Assembly (NCBI RefSeq): GCF_009834535.1
Contig: NC_045697.1
Span: forward strand, 69,194,001 to 69,258,000
Direction: 5' to 3'
Length of the DNA: 64,000 nt
DNA from: Camelus ferus
Lineage: Eukaryota
Shown here: piece after piece, positions 13,136 to 26,345 of the stretch
How the letters are laid out: every line of letters starts with the position of its first letter
Numbering within the stretch: position 1 is the stretch's first letter
The notes under the pieces: model-generated
The model's input: only the letters and a program-made list of their open reading frames with translations
Database searches by the model: none
Told to the model about the DNA's origin: nothing
Made by a program: the position numbers and the translations under genes

Positions 13136-14129
13136 GGGACAGGCATTTTCAAGGTGATGGTGACAACTACAGTTGTGGGCAGTAGAGGGCAGTTTCGGGA
13201 AAGCACTTCCGGAACTAAGTCTTGGTGGGTGGGGTTGGGTTCCTAAGTGGCTTGGTGCTTTCACCAAGGCCTGAGGTTCAGCTGTCAACTGTGAGCAGGT
13301 TCACATGCCTCATTTTGTGCATGTAAATAAAGGTGGACCTGTCTCCTGGGGTGGGCTCACCGTATCCAAGTACAAAACCAGAATGGTAGTTTACTCATTT
13401 ATAATGAGAAGTATGACTGCCCCTGATCTCAGAACACCCCCCATGCACATGTCTGGTGCACTGACTCCCGCAGGGCAGACAGGCATCGAGGGTTGCTTGA
13501 TGAGCTTTGAACAGAACAAGGAGTTAAATGAATGGACTGTGTAGTGGCATCAGGTCATGGTGGCTTGATGCATCTGTTTTTGCAGCAGGGTCCACTTTGA
13601 CAAAGGAATTGTAATCCTGGAAGCCCTTGGCTTGAGGCACCCGTCATCTTTTCAGATGTTGCTGTTGTGGCTCTGTCTACACTGCCCTAGGTAGTGTTTG
13701 TGCTCTATGCCGACCAGCGCCCCAGTAAGCTCTGCTTTGCTTGTATTCTTTGAGGAGATTTCTGATATTTTCCACAAATCCTGCTTGGGCAACCCATTGA
13801 ATGATAAAATTCTCCTTCACAAAGAGTTTTTCCATTCTCAGATTGACCAATAAATGGTCAAGATACTCTTGTGTTAAATCTTTAGTTAGGGAAGATTTTT
13901 CTTGGGGTATTATGTGGATTTTTCCAGAGCCATTTTTTAAAATAATGCACAGTTAGAGAAAAATAGAAATACTAATTTACCAGTAAGTTTTTTGTTACTG
14001 TGATATGAAACTCAAATTGGAGTAATGGGAAACAAAAGGTTTGTGTGGTGTTTAATCAGTAAGCAAAAATAATTTACTATTTTGAGGTTTTTTTAAATGA
14101 TCATTGTATAAAATCTTTATTCAATTTAT

Positions 14130-14490
14130 TTAAACTAAAAGAAAAAATAGTTTATACATTTCTTCTACTCCCACCCCCTGCCTCTTGCAACCACCAGTCT
14201 ATTTTCTGTATCTGTGAGCTTGGTTTTTGATTTTTAGATTCCACATATACAAGAGATCATATGGTATTTGTCTTGTTCTGTCTCACTTACTTCACTTAGC
14301 ATACTGCCTTCGACGTCCAGCCATATTGTCGCAAGTGGCAAGATTTCATTCTTTTTTATGGCTGACTAATACTCCATTGTATAAATAAACGACAGTGTCT
14401 TTATCCATTCATGGACACTTAGGTTGCTTCCATATCTTGGCTTTTGTGAATATTGCTGCAGTGAACATAGGGGTGCAAAGGGTTTCAAAT
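14130..14490 (-). mobile_element. L1 3'-end fragment
   Basis: ttttagattccacatat...cttacttcacttagcat...gtgaacataggggtgca, homologous to the 3' end of the young L1 at 10420-10770. Confidence 0.85.
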
Positions 14491-14494
14491 TAGT

Positions 14495-15435
14495 AATATT
14501 TCCTTTGTATACATTTAGAACCACATTAGATAATGTTACCATTTTTGTTTTCAACCATCAAACATAATCCAGAGAACTCTTGAGATAAGGAAAAAGTACT
14601 GTATTTATCTACATCTTTGCTGTATCTGTTCTTTCTTTCTGATGTTACAAGTTTCTTTTTTTTAAACATTCCCTTTCTGTTTAGAGAACTCCTTTAGCCA
14701 TTGTTTTAGGTGAGATCTGCTTGTGACAAATTCTCATTTCCTTTATTATTCCTTCACTTATTCATTGTGTTTCAGGATATGTAGATTTGTTCTTCATTTC
14801 TGAAAAATATTCTGTGTTAGAACTCTAGGTTGACAGTTCTTTTCCTCAAAACTTGAAAAATGCTGTACCACTTTCTTCTGGCCTCCATGGCTTCTTGAGA
14901 GAAATCCACTGTCTCCCTATTTGTCGTTCCCCTGTAGGCAAGGTGTCATTTCTGCTTCAAGATTTTTTCCTGTCTTTAGTTTTCAGAAGTTTGACTATGA
15001 TGTGTCTTGGCATGCATCTCTTTGGGATTATCCATTTAAGTTTTGCTCAGCTTCTTGAATATGTAGGCTCATGTCTTTTGCTAAATTTGGAAAGTTTTTA
15101 ACCATATTTCTCCAGGTACTTTTTTAGTCCCACCCTATTTCTCTTCTCCTTGGAGACCTCTAATGACACAAATGTGAGATCTTTAGTTATATAGCACAGG
15201 TGACTGAGGCTTTTCATTTTTTTTTCCAGTTTATTATCTCTGTTCAGATTAATTTCTGTTGCTCTGTCTTTAAGTTCATTGATTGTTTCTTCTCCATTCT
15301 GTTGTTGAGCCTCTCGAGTTTTCTATTTCAGGTAAAATAGTTTTCAGTCTACTCTCTTCTTTACATTTTCTCTTTCCTTGCTGAAACTCAGTTTTTCTTA
15401 CTTGTTTCAAGCATATTCGTAATTGTTCAAGCATT
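14495..15435 (-). mobile_element. Old L1M 5'-region fragment
   Basis: T-rich degenerate antisense L1 phrases (aactctaggttgacagtt, gaagtttgactatgatgtgtcttgg). Confidence 0.65.
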
Positions 15436-16890
15436 TTTTAATGTAAAATATACATATAATTTGTGATCTTAATGCACTGACCTATACACTTAAAAATGGT
15501 TAAGTCTCTTACTATCATTGTGCAACTCTCCTCACCATCCATTTCCAGACCTTTATCTTATTTCCAAACTGAAATTCTGTACTCTTTAAACAATAACTCC
15601 CTAATCACCCGTATCCCCAGCTTTTGGCATCTACCATTTTATTTTCTGTCTCTGTGAGTTTGACTACTCTTGGTACCCCATGTAAGTGGACTCATACAGT
15701 ATTTGTCCTTTTGTGTGTGGCTTACTTCACTTAGCATCTGTCTTCATCCATGTTGCAGCATGTGTCAGAATTCCATTTCTTTTAAGGCTGAATGAAAAAA
15801 TATTTTGTTTATCCATTCACCCATCAATGGACATTTGGGCTATTATCACCTTTTGGCTATAGTGGATAATGCCACTATGAACCTGGGTACACAAATACCT
15901 GTTCAAGTCCCTGCTTTCAGTTATTTTGCATATGTAAACAGAAGTGGATTTGCTGGATCATACAGTAGTTCTGTTTAATTTTTTGAGGAACCACTGTACT
16001 GTTTTCCACAGTGGCTGCACCATTTTACATTCCCACCAGAAGTGCACATGGGTTCTAGTCTCTACATCCTCACTAATATTATTTTCTGTTTTGATAATAG
16101 CTATCCCAGTGGGTGTCAGGTAGTATCATACTGTGTTTTGATTTGCATTTCCCTAATGATTAATGATGTTGGGGATCTTCCTGTGTGCTCATTGGCCATT
16201 TGTATATCTTGTCTTCTTTGGAGAAATGTTAAGTCCTTTGTTTTTTCAATCAGGTTGTTCTCTGAGTTGGAAAAGTTCTTTATATGTTCTGTATGTTAAA
16301 TCCTTATTGGATATATATGTGATTTGCACATATTTGCTTCTGTTCCAAGAGTTGCCTTTTCACTCTGTTGATTGTGTCTGGATACACAGAAGTTTTAGTT
16401 CTGATGAAGTCCAGTTTATCTGTTTCTCCTTTTGTTACATATCCAAGAAATCACTACTGAACCTAATCTCATAAAGTTTTCTGCTAAGTTTTTTTTTTTT
16501 TTAGAATCTTTTAGTTATGTTTAGGTCTTTGGTCTATTTTGAGTTAATTTTTGTTTGTGTTGTAAGATAAGGGTCCAACCTCATTTTTTTTCTTGCACCA
16601 TTTGTTGAAAAGACTGTCCTTTTCTCATTGAATGGTCTTGACATCCTTGTTGAAATTATTTGATTATATATTTCTGTGCTTTCTATTCTGTCAGTCTGTC
16701 TTTATACCAGCACCACACTGTTTTGATTGATTACTGTAGCTTTGTAGTAAGTTTTGAAATTAGGAAGTGGGACCTCCAACTTTGTTCTTTTTCAAGATTG
16801 TTTTGGATATCCAAGAATGCCTTGAGATTCCATCTTAAGGATGGAATTTTAGGATGAATTTTTCTATTTCTGCTAAAAACAGTAGTTCTG
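15436..16890 (-). mobile_element. Old L1 (L1MB-like) 3' fragment
   Basis: Antisense L1 3' UTR and ORF2 end. ORF 16731..16922 contains L1-like KIHPKIP...NNLEKEQSWR. Confidence 0.85.
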
Positions 16891-17527
16891 GTTTTATTCC
16901 TCAGTCTTATCAAAATAAACACATCAGTTTAAAGGACGCTGATTACATTAAAGTTATTAGACTTAAGTCTTCCCATATATCACTTCTCAGAGTCTTAAAA
17001 GCAGCCCTGTATTTTACTGTAATTAAGGTTAAATAGAGCAAGAAAACCAAAACGAGGAAGATAGGAAATCTAAAAAAGGAGCCTGCTTTCACACAATGGA
17101 GTATAACCATTTTATTTGCCACAAAATTAATTAATCTGAAACAGATCTAAGATTTTCCTATAAGTATTGAACTTCATATCTGAACTGATGAAACTGATGG
17201 TAGGGTCAAGGGGTACATTGCTGAACCCTGAGATCATACACTGTGCTATGTTTAATTATAACTCACTACCTTAATCAACCTTATAGAACTTGATTGACAT
17301 CTGATTTAGTTTTATATAACTGTGACAAGTAATGGGTCTCTGATTTTTTTTTTTTATCCTAAGATATCTCTAAAGATGACATTTCTAGGCTATTGCTGCG
17401 TCTTCTTCCAGAATTGGTCCTAGTTTTATAACTCAGCATCATCTAAATAAGCATTTTGGATAGAGTATATAGTAAGATTAGAACAGCCTAGTAGAAGCAT
17501 ATTTGTTACCCGGTTTCTGTCTTCCAG

Positions 17528-17655
17528 AACCTCTGCACAAGGAAGTACAAGATCTGGCCTTTCTGGATGTTGTATCCAAACTTCGCAGTCATGAGAACAA
17601 AAGCGTTGCTCAGCAGGCCTCTCTCACAGAGCAGAGACTGGCTGTGGAAAGCTGA
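17528..17655 (+). CDS. RAP1GDS1: RAP1GDS1 terminal coding exon (to TGA)
   Basis: cttccag|AA CCT...AGC TGA. Translates (E)PLHKEVQDLAFLDVVSKLRSHENKSVAQQASLTEQRLAVES*, in phase with the preceding exon. Confidence 0.96.
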
Positions 17656-18164
17656 GAACGGCCCCTCCCTAATACATTTCTGATTCCCTTTCGTCCTCCA
17701 TCCAGCTGCCTCTTCTGCTTCATCCTCTTCCATATCACTTGTGCATGCGTGTAATGTTCCAATACCAATTGAAGAACTGCTGGAGGTACCTGCCCAATAA
17801 GATTTCTAAACCCATTGTTAGCGTGCACATGAATTTGTCAAAACGAGTCTCCACTAATAACTGTTTTCTTGTATTCCTGTTGCTTGAGCTACATTGAGTA
17901 GAACGTGCATGTTGTAGTCCTATGATGATGTAAACTCGGTACTACATAATGACTTGCTCCTCATCCTGGGTAAACTACATAATAATGTACTGGTAAATTA
18001 GAAACAAGAATGCAGCAGAAGCTGACTAGCTTATTAAAGACGGCATTGACTAGTAAAAATAGCTCCATTTATTGGTGCTTGGAAAGCACAGTGACCAAAA
18101 AATCTGTATGGCTGCTCATTCATTAGTCTTACCTACTAATGTCAAACCATGGTACCTAGAGTTA

Positions 18165-18170
18165 AATAAA
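18165..18170 (+). terminator. Candidate proximal poly(A) signal of RAP1GDS1
   Basis: AATAAA about 510 nt after the stop codon, followed by a pyrimidine-rich stretch. Confidence 0.5.
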
Positions 18171-19215
18171 ATCCAATGCTCTCACTCTTTACCCTATGGT
18201 TTCTCCTCCTTCCTATGTAGATGCTTGAAATTGCCAGTCATCAGTAGCCTGATGTTGAAAACATTGGTGGTTTTCAGCATGAAACTAAGGGGTTGAAGAA
18301 TGTTACACTAGTACATCTTTTTTTGTCTGTATTTTTGATTCTGCAGTATGTACAGTTTGACCTCAGAATTTCTTCCATCAATTAATCATCATTGTCCAAC
18401 ACTTGTCTTTAAAAGTCACTTGGCATTTGCTTTCAACTCAGAAAACTGAGTATAGCTCATTGGAGAATGGATTTTTTTCCCCCGGTTTTTCATCATTCAG
18501 CTTGAAAGTAAGATGTTTTCCCGGTCATTGCCTCTTTAAATCTTATATTAGAACTAGCAGGACTTACAAAAAAATATTAAGAAATGTTCATCTAAAGAAA
18601 GCAGGTTATAAAAGCCATAGTAGCCAGTCCAGTTCACTCTGCACATGGCCTCATACCAGTAGCTGTTAGTTCCCCACCTCCACTTCCCACAGAGAACTGC
18701 AGTCCGTCTTCAAGGCTCTCAGAAAAGGTGACAGTGCCAAGGCTCGAGATGAGAAGACCTCCCTGGCAAAATGTAGTATATACTCTTCACTGCCACTACC
18801 ACCACCAAATGGGTTTTTAGAGCTTTAGGACACAATCTTTGTAAAGTAACCAAAACCCCCTGTGACATACCTGCCTCTTCCCGTGCCCAAGTCTGACCAC
18901 TACTGGCCGAAAGGTAAGATGGGCTCCTTCCTCTCTGTGAGATGCTGCACATCTCAACGGAGTGACCGAAGCTGGACTTTTGACTCTGAAACAGCTATAA
19001 TTCAAGAAAGTTAACATCCCAGTGGAGGTAAAGAACCTTTTGGCTGTTCCCTTTGATGTCCAAGAACGGGACTAATACTGTGAGTGCTTAATGCTCCTCT
19101 GTCAGAATGGTCTTGTTTACTGTCCTCTCCTGGGCTGGATAGTGGGCTCTATTTTATTATAGGTTTTGAAAGATATCTGTAATGTTGCAATATAGGCTGT
19201 CCATATTCATAACTA

Positions 19216-19233
19216 AATAAATAGTATATTAAA
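19216..19233 (+). terminator. Distal poly(A) signal of RAP1GDS1
   Basis: AATAAA at 19216-19221 and ATTAAA at 19228-19233, then a GU-rich downstream element (tttggtttgtttg) near 19248-19260. Confidence 0.7.
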
Positions 19234-21087
19234 CTGTAATGGCATCATTTGGTTTGTTTGTATATTTTACTTATTTCCAGCTCCTGGCAGAGTGCTTGCT
19301 CACTGTTGGTGGTCAGCACCTGTTTGCTGAATGAATCCCTACTTCCATGGAACCTCCCGGCTGCCTGCCTGAATTATTTCTAGATAGACTGCTAGAGAAA
19401 TTGAGATGTAAATATTTGTCTGACTTCAGGGAATTTTTTTTTTTTTGATAGTAGGAGCTGTCTGTAGTAATAGCCTATCCTTAATAGTGTATTAATGGTT
19501 TGAGGAGCACCCAGTTATCCTCAGTGCAGAACGCACAACCCCTCACTTCATTCCCTCTGAAACTGAGATGCCACGTGGGCAGAGCAGGCCCTGAATGTAC
19601 CCCCACCAGAGGACTTCCTCGTCCTGTCAGACGTCTTCGTCTGTAAAGTGGCGTAACAGGAGTAGCTCAGTGATACTAGCTTTTATTAATATTATTACTA
19701 AGTCAATATAAAGTTGTAGTACTATGAGTTTTTCAATATAGAAACAAAATAATCCCCCCTTCTCATTTTCAATGCTGACGTCTTACTAGTATTTATAAAA
19801 TACACCTTTTTAACGTACATACCTTTCAGGTATCTGTCTTTGTCTTTTTCTTAAATATAAATGCTGTGTGTTTCCCATAAAGGCTTATGGTAGCTGTACT
19901 TTAAATCCTCTGATAGAATTCACCTCCGATGGTCTATTTATCATTACACTTCTTGGCTAGACAGGCAGAATCCCTTTTATATTGGAGGTTTCCGGCTATT
20001 AGCTGTTGGTTCTTGTATGCCGTGAATGGTCCGCTACAGAAGGAAAAAGTGACACTATGCATGGAATTTATGCTCCTAAGTTTAACTAATATTCTTTCTT
20101 TCTCAGTTGACTTTTAAAAGTTCATTATTTCCTTATCCTTGCTTTGTTTCTTCCCAGGAAAACAAAACGTTTAAAACCTTTTACCAAATTGAATTTTTTA
20201 GCCATGGCCGCAGAGATTCTAATCTAACATTGCAAAAATGGAAAACATGCATCTGTCTGCTATTTATAACACTAGACAGGAACTGAATATGATGACAACT
20301 CATTTCTATACTGGAACCAATTATAAGCAGAACAAACTTCAGCCAGGTAGGGACTAATGCCTCTGGGTCTCCTGACATTTGTTTCCTCAGTCCCTGGCTT
20401 TTCTACTGCCTGATGTCATACTGTCCAGAGAGAAGTGTAGGCCCTCCCACTTCCTAAACAAACCAGAAGATCAGACTGATGTTATGAGCAGTGCCCTCTT
20501 CTCGTAAGTGACAAATGGTTTCTCTGACTCCCAGCATGATCAATGCAGCTTTCAAGGAGTAAAAATGGAGCAGGTAGGATGGCTTAGGCATGGGAACAGG
20601 GGCTCAGGCGAGAAGTGACTTGATGCAAATAACATCTCCAACCTAAAAAACTAACTTGGCTTTAACCTTTACCCCCAACCTCAGAGCACATTCTTAGAAT
20701 TAGCCATTGCTCAGAGATCTGTGATTTTGCTGGTAGGCATAAATGCAATCTTGTATTAATCTGCTTAACCAAATAAAGTTAAAACCACATTGAGTGGTGT
20801 GTAGAACTTTGTAGTGTTTAGTTGGTATTGGTCACAGAGAATTTTCTGTTTCAGGATTAGGTTTTAGGAAAATTAACTAGCTAGATTTTTTTAATCTTCA
20901 TCAAGAAAAGTTTAAAACCTAATCTCATACTTCAAAGCCTTTTAGTCTCAGGTTTGGGACTTTTTTATCTAAATAATTCAAAAGATCTCTATTAGATTTC
21001 TGTTATCTCAAAAATTTTAAAGCCTTAACTCAGATTTCCAGTATATAAACTTTAAATGCAACCATAGTTCTAAAAATATATCCAATA

Positions 21088-21963
21088 CTCTTCAAAAAAT
21101 TAAAAATAGAACTACAATATGATCCAGCAGTTCCTCTTCTGCATATTTATCCAAAGAAAACAAAAACACTAATTTGAAAAGATACATGCTCCCCTATGTT
21201 CACTGCAGCATTATTTATAATAGCCAAGATATGGAAGCAACCTAAGCGTCCATCGATAGATGAATGGATAAAGAAGATGTGGCATAGTATATACAGTTGT
21301 CTCTCTATATCTGCAGGGGATTGGTTCTAGGACCTGCTGCTGATACCAAAATCCGCAGATGCTCAAGTCCCATAGTTGGCCCTTTGTATCCGTGGTCTCA
21401 TACCTGCACATTCCGCCAGCCAGGGACTATGTAATACTGTAGTGTTTAGGGAAAATAATCCATGTGTAAGTGGACCTGCACAGTTGAAACCCATGTTGTT
21501 CAAGGGTCAACTGTATATACAATGAAATAATACTCAACCATAAAAACAGTGAAATCTTACCATTTGCAGCAACATGGATGGACCTTGTGGGCATTATGCT
21601 ACGTGAAGTCAGTCAGGCAGAAAGACGGATACCTTGTGATTTCACCTGTATGTGGAATCTGAAACACAAAACAAAGAAAACACATAGACTCACAGATACA
21701 GAGAACAAACTGGTGGTTGCCAGTGGGGACGGTGGGGTGTGGTTGGGTGAAACAGGTAAAGGGGCTAAGAGGTACAAACTTCCAGTCATAAGCTGTGGGA
21801 ATATGATACACAGCATAGAGAATATAGTCCAAAATATTATAATAGCCTTTTTTGGTTACTAGACTTACGGTAATTATTTCATAATGTATTTAAATGTTGA
21901 ATCACTATGTTGTACACCTGAAACTAACATAACACTGTACATCAACTATACTTCAATTTTTAA
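21088..21963 (+). mobile_element. L1 3'-end fragment interrupted by a Tigger-type element
   Basis: aaaaaattaaaaatagaactac...tgttgtacacctgaaactaac...caactatacttcaatt, the sense-strand L1 ORF2 end plus 3' UTR. Confidence 0.9.
21294..21513. mobile_element. MER8/Tigger2-like non-autonomous TcMar-Tigger element
   Basis: Termini CAGTTG...CAACTG flanked by TA on both sides. Internal gataccaaaatccgcagatgctcaagtccc and Tigger2-type end gttgttcaagggtcaactg. Confidence 0.85.
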
Positions 21964-24769
21964 AATATCTAATTGTCAAGTATACTTGACAGATACTACT
22001 TACCATGCAGTAGTTAGTCATTTATTGACTCCCAGGCATCCTGAAGGAAAGAAACTCCGACTGTACTCTCATATTACTGTTAAAAATAAATTCCTATATG
22101 AATGCTCACTTTGAGTTTTATAACCATATCTACTTTATTGCCTCACCTTCTAGCCAAATGGTGTTTTTTGTTGGTTGGCTGGTTGATTGGTTTTTAATGC
22201 ACTGTCATACAAAGAATAGAGCCATGCCTGCTGGGAGCCTGGCTGTGTGCCCCTGCCCTCTGGGTGTCCATGCCTTCAGATGAAAAACCCCTTCTCCTTT
22301 TAAGACAGTTCACAGTGCTCTCCTGAGGTCATCATCACCCCCACCCCAGGGCCAGAGGTCAGCTGCCTGTGACCTTGACCGCTCTTCAGGGATGCTCTGC
22401 TCTGCTTCTGGGTGCTGGGTTCCTCCCCATGTCTAGCACAGGCACATCAGATGAATACCTGGGATCACTTAGAACTAACGAAAGAGGTAAAGGTTGAGTT
22501 GTACTCTTCAGATAACAAAGGCGTGTGGGTTGCAACCCAAGAAGACAAAGAGCTGCCCTAATCAGGGTGAACAACAGGAAGAAATATTAACCCAAGTAGC
22601 TTTGATTTCTGGTTCATCTCTGCAGGAACCCCAAATAGTCCCTAGTTTCAACTGGACCCTACCATCAGTAGACGATTCCTCCACCCCACCCTCCCTTCGT
22701 TTATGGTTCTAGAATGTACCCCACTCCTCACCATGCCTCTCCTGCAATGACTTCTTCTCTTGTGCAGGTAAGAGAAGTAGCGGAGTTACTAATGACTCTG
22801 ATTCCACTCTTCTCACCCACACCCCTCACACCCCGGTGCCCAGAAGTTAGGGGAAGTGAGATGGCAGAGTGACCTTTGAGCTTCGTGATATCACAATCTA
22901 CACAACGTCTGCTCTCCCCTCTCCTGCCCCCTGCCCTCTCGATCCCCTCTGAGGATCCTTACGAGACACAGGGCTCTCCCCCGAGCCATGAGAAGCGGGA
23001 GCAAGATGTGCACCGACCCAAGAAAAGCAAGTGATGGAAAGGAGATATTACCTGTGCACGTGGATGCTTAGAGCCTGATGTGACAGTCCCTGCCTCCATC
23101 ACATGCAGGCTTTGTCTGATGCATTCAGAATGATGTTCTGGCGTGCTCTCCACAGCACTTACCCTGCACAGTGCGTATTTTATGTAGTCAGAGCGTTATG
23201 CCACTGTTTTCCCCACTTACACAATAAGCATTTTTCCACATTACTAAGAACTATTTCCTCTTCTTCCAGAAGAGTCCTCATTTAATGCCCCGAGGTGTCT
23301 GTGGCCCGGCTAGCCCACTTCTTCCTCTGTATGCCAGAGATGGCGCACTGGGGCCCTCCTACGTCTTTGTCTGTTCTCCGGGGTATTTTGGGAAAAAAAG
23401 ATGAAAAAGAGCAGCTCTAAACATTTAAAATTTGGAGGATGATTTTGCATAAAAATCTAGTTCTTTGACTTTTCTTTTAAAAAGAGGAGAGCGCCGGCAC
23501 CAGCCACTCTGCCTGCCAGGAGAGCAGCATGTGGCTGTGACCCTGTGCCTTTGGACAGGACAGGAGTCGCCAGCCTGTTAGAGCCCCCACCTGCCCTGCT
23601 CCCATCAGCTCCACCGTCCCTGGAAGCCCACGTGGCTTGACCCTTGGAGACCCTGTGTGCATTCTGTCTGCTTCCAGCCCAGGAGTGAGGGGAGGGCACT
23701 TTTAAAAAGGGGGCGAGAAGCAGCACTATGGGCAAGGCCATGTCAACCAGAGGTCCACATATTTGACCCAAGGGCATTTTTATGACATGTGCAAACTTGC
23801 ATTTTTTTTTTATCCCCCCAGAGAAGACTTGACATTCTGAGGGCCCGTGACAGCTGCAGTCTGACTATCAAATGTCAGGAAAGTGGAAACATAGACCCAT
23901 GCCTGGATCCGCTCCATCTGTTAACAGGAGGAAGCTGGTGCTGACCCGCCTGTCCCCTCACATGGCTGGCAGCGCCCTCAAGTGACTGTAGGGATTTTAG
24001 CGAGTGCCTTCTTGGCTGGATGGGGAGCGCACCCTTTCTCCTGAAGCCAAAAGTATCCTCACCATCCCCTCTCTCCCATGACTTAAGAGCTCGCGTGGAA
24101 CAGGGACCCTGCGAACCCAAGCGATTACACTGCTCTTTGAGAAGGGAATTCTAACACCTGCCAACCTCCCGGGATATCCGATCAACCACAATTTCTTGCA
24201 GCCAACACTTGAGAAATGAGTCTCCTCATGTGAAAAGGCTCATACAATTGGAAGTTTAAATCCGCTCTCAGCCAAGACCTCTGTGAAGAGGAACATCCTG
24301 CTCCTAAATGTCTCACTGACATCATGTCCCCTGTGTCCCCCGAGCGAGCCCCAGGGGCAGGCACGTCTCCACACCTTGGACCACCGGCGACCGCGCAGAC
24401 CCAGAGCTACAGTTTGCCAACAGCACAGGAACAGTGGTCAAACCTTGTTTTCTCTAGACTAATCCAGGACCAAAAGGTGCCAGAGCGCCCCATAGTCAAA
24501 GAGGAAGACTATCAATTAGAGACCCAAACAACAAAAATGCCTTCCGTCTTGGAGAAGATGAGGCAGAGCATGGAAAAGGAAGAGGAAGGAGAAATTTGAC
24601 TCAATTCAGGACGCAAATGTCCACAAAATCAGCAGACACAGGAAGTTGGTCGGACGGAAAAATAAGAATAATACAAAGACAAAAAAAAAAAAACAACAAA
24701 AACCACAAAGCAAACAAACCAAAGAAAAGGAACATTTCATCTCTGGGGCAGATACTGCGACTTTTTTAC

Positions 24770-25246
24770 ACAATATCCAGCTCCCCTTTCTGCTTTATTA
24801 ACAGAACCCCAATTTTGTTCAGGGGGACAATGTACCAAGCTTAAAATACTCCAATTCTCCAGCTTCCCACGTGGGCGTGACCACTCTCTAGAAGTCCTGG
24901 GAAGGGCACCCCTTTGTGAATCAGAAGGCAAAAACCTGCTAGAAGGCCTTTGACCCTTCACCTTTCCTTCCTTCCTTTCTCTGGCTCAAATGGTGATATA
25001 GGCCCCAGAATTATGGCAGCCCTCTTGTAACCATGAGGTACAACATGAGGACGGAAGCCTCCACATTCTGCTCCAGGACAGTGGGGCAGAAAGGTGAGGA
25101 GAGTCTGGATTCCAGGTAGCATCAGTGAACCAGAGGACCAGCCGCATGGTGAGGAGCCTCAGACAATGTAGGCGACATGCCTGCCTGTTTAAACCCCTAG
25201 AGCAAGGTTTTCTGTTATTTGGAACAGGATGAAATCTTGATTCATA
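24770..25246 (+). mobile_element. Old MaLR LTR (MLT1J/K-like)
   Basis: aacagaaccccaattttgttcagg...ggcagccctcttgtaaccatgagg...gttttctgttatttg. Confidence 0.55.
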
Positions 25247-25857
25247 AGGCTAGGTACTAAAGCATCAGGATGTCCCTAAGACAACTTGTTCTGCTTACAG
25301 AGGCCATGGCTACAGGATTCAGGAAAACGAAGCCTGGAGAATTGAAATGACCGGGGCTACCAGCTTTAACCCTAAAAGTTTAGAAAAACCCCCAACAGCC
25401 TGACTTGCTGACCTAGCAGACCTCCTCAACATACAAAGACTTACTGAGCAGTTCGTGTGGACACCAGGCACCACGTTGGACTGTGAATACAATGAGGAGA
25501 TAGATTTGGTTCATCAGGGGAGAAGATGAGAAACACTAATCTATTACAGTAAAGCAAACAAGTCAGGGTGTTAACTGAGGTATAAACAGAGTTATTGGGG
25601 TTCTGGAGAGAGATGACCCTGAGCTCTGGGCATCCTGGGGCAGAAGGCACCTGGGCCAGCAGAGCAGCAGCAAGAGGTAAGGCAGGAAAAACAGAGCAGA
25701 CCAGATGGGAGGCGGCCTTAGACATTTTAATTTGTTACAACGTAGTAGAAAAACAAAGTTTAGACAGAAGATTGGCATGTTTGCTTTATGTTTCCGTCTG
25801 GAACCAGAACTATTGCTGGTAGAAGACAGAGACTAAAAGCAAGGAGAGTCATAGGTA

Positions 25858-26345
25858 ATTGTGATGAGTTCCCGGTGCTGAGAGACGGCTCCCCATGGGT
25901 GTCTGGTGTTTCTATACTTCTCTCAAGAACTTGTGTCTCCGACACTCTCTCCAGGGAGGCTGATGTAATAAACAGCCCTGTAAGATAGAGATGGTGTCTC
26001 CCTCTGGGGACAAGGGCAGATTTTTGTACTGCACAGGATGATGACCATCAGGCCTCCCTCAGGGCAAAGGCAGGTCACGATTGCTTACACACCCCCCAGT
26101 AAAGCTGGGGGGTCCCGAAGCTTGGCGCTCCTTGGGGCACAAACCTACTGTGCCTGCAGAAGCCCTCCTGAATCACTGTCCCCAAAGGGACTGGGGGCTC
26201 GAGGGACTGTCACATACACAAAACCCACAGCATCTGCGGGGGCCGTGAGCGATGAAGTGCTTTGTCTCTGACCCAGGAGTCTCACGCCTCCTGCAGGCAC
26301 TGGTGAGACCGAGGCAGGCTAACTTGTTAGCTTGCAAGAAGGGGA
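25858..26345 (+). mobile_element. ERV solo LTR (MER21-group-like)
   Basis: Begins TGT. Contains gatagagatggtgtctccctc, ctttgtctctgacccaggagtctca and gcaggctaacttgttagcttgcaag. Confidence 0.6.

Larger units (their letters stand above)
17656..19245 (+). other. RAP1GDS1: RAP1GDS1 3' UTR (end approximate)
   Basis: Repeat-free sequence from the stop codon to an AATAAA/ATTAAA pair followed by a GT-rich tract. Confidence 0.7.

Noticed and set aside
23333..23346. CTCF-like GCCAGAGATGGCGC
   Set aside because: The 5' half fits the core poorly.
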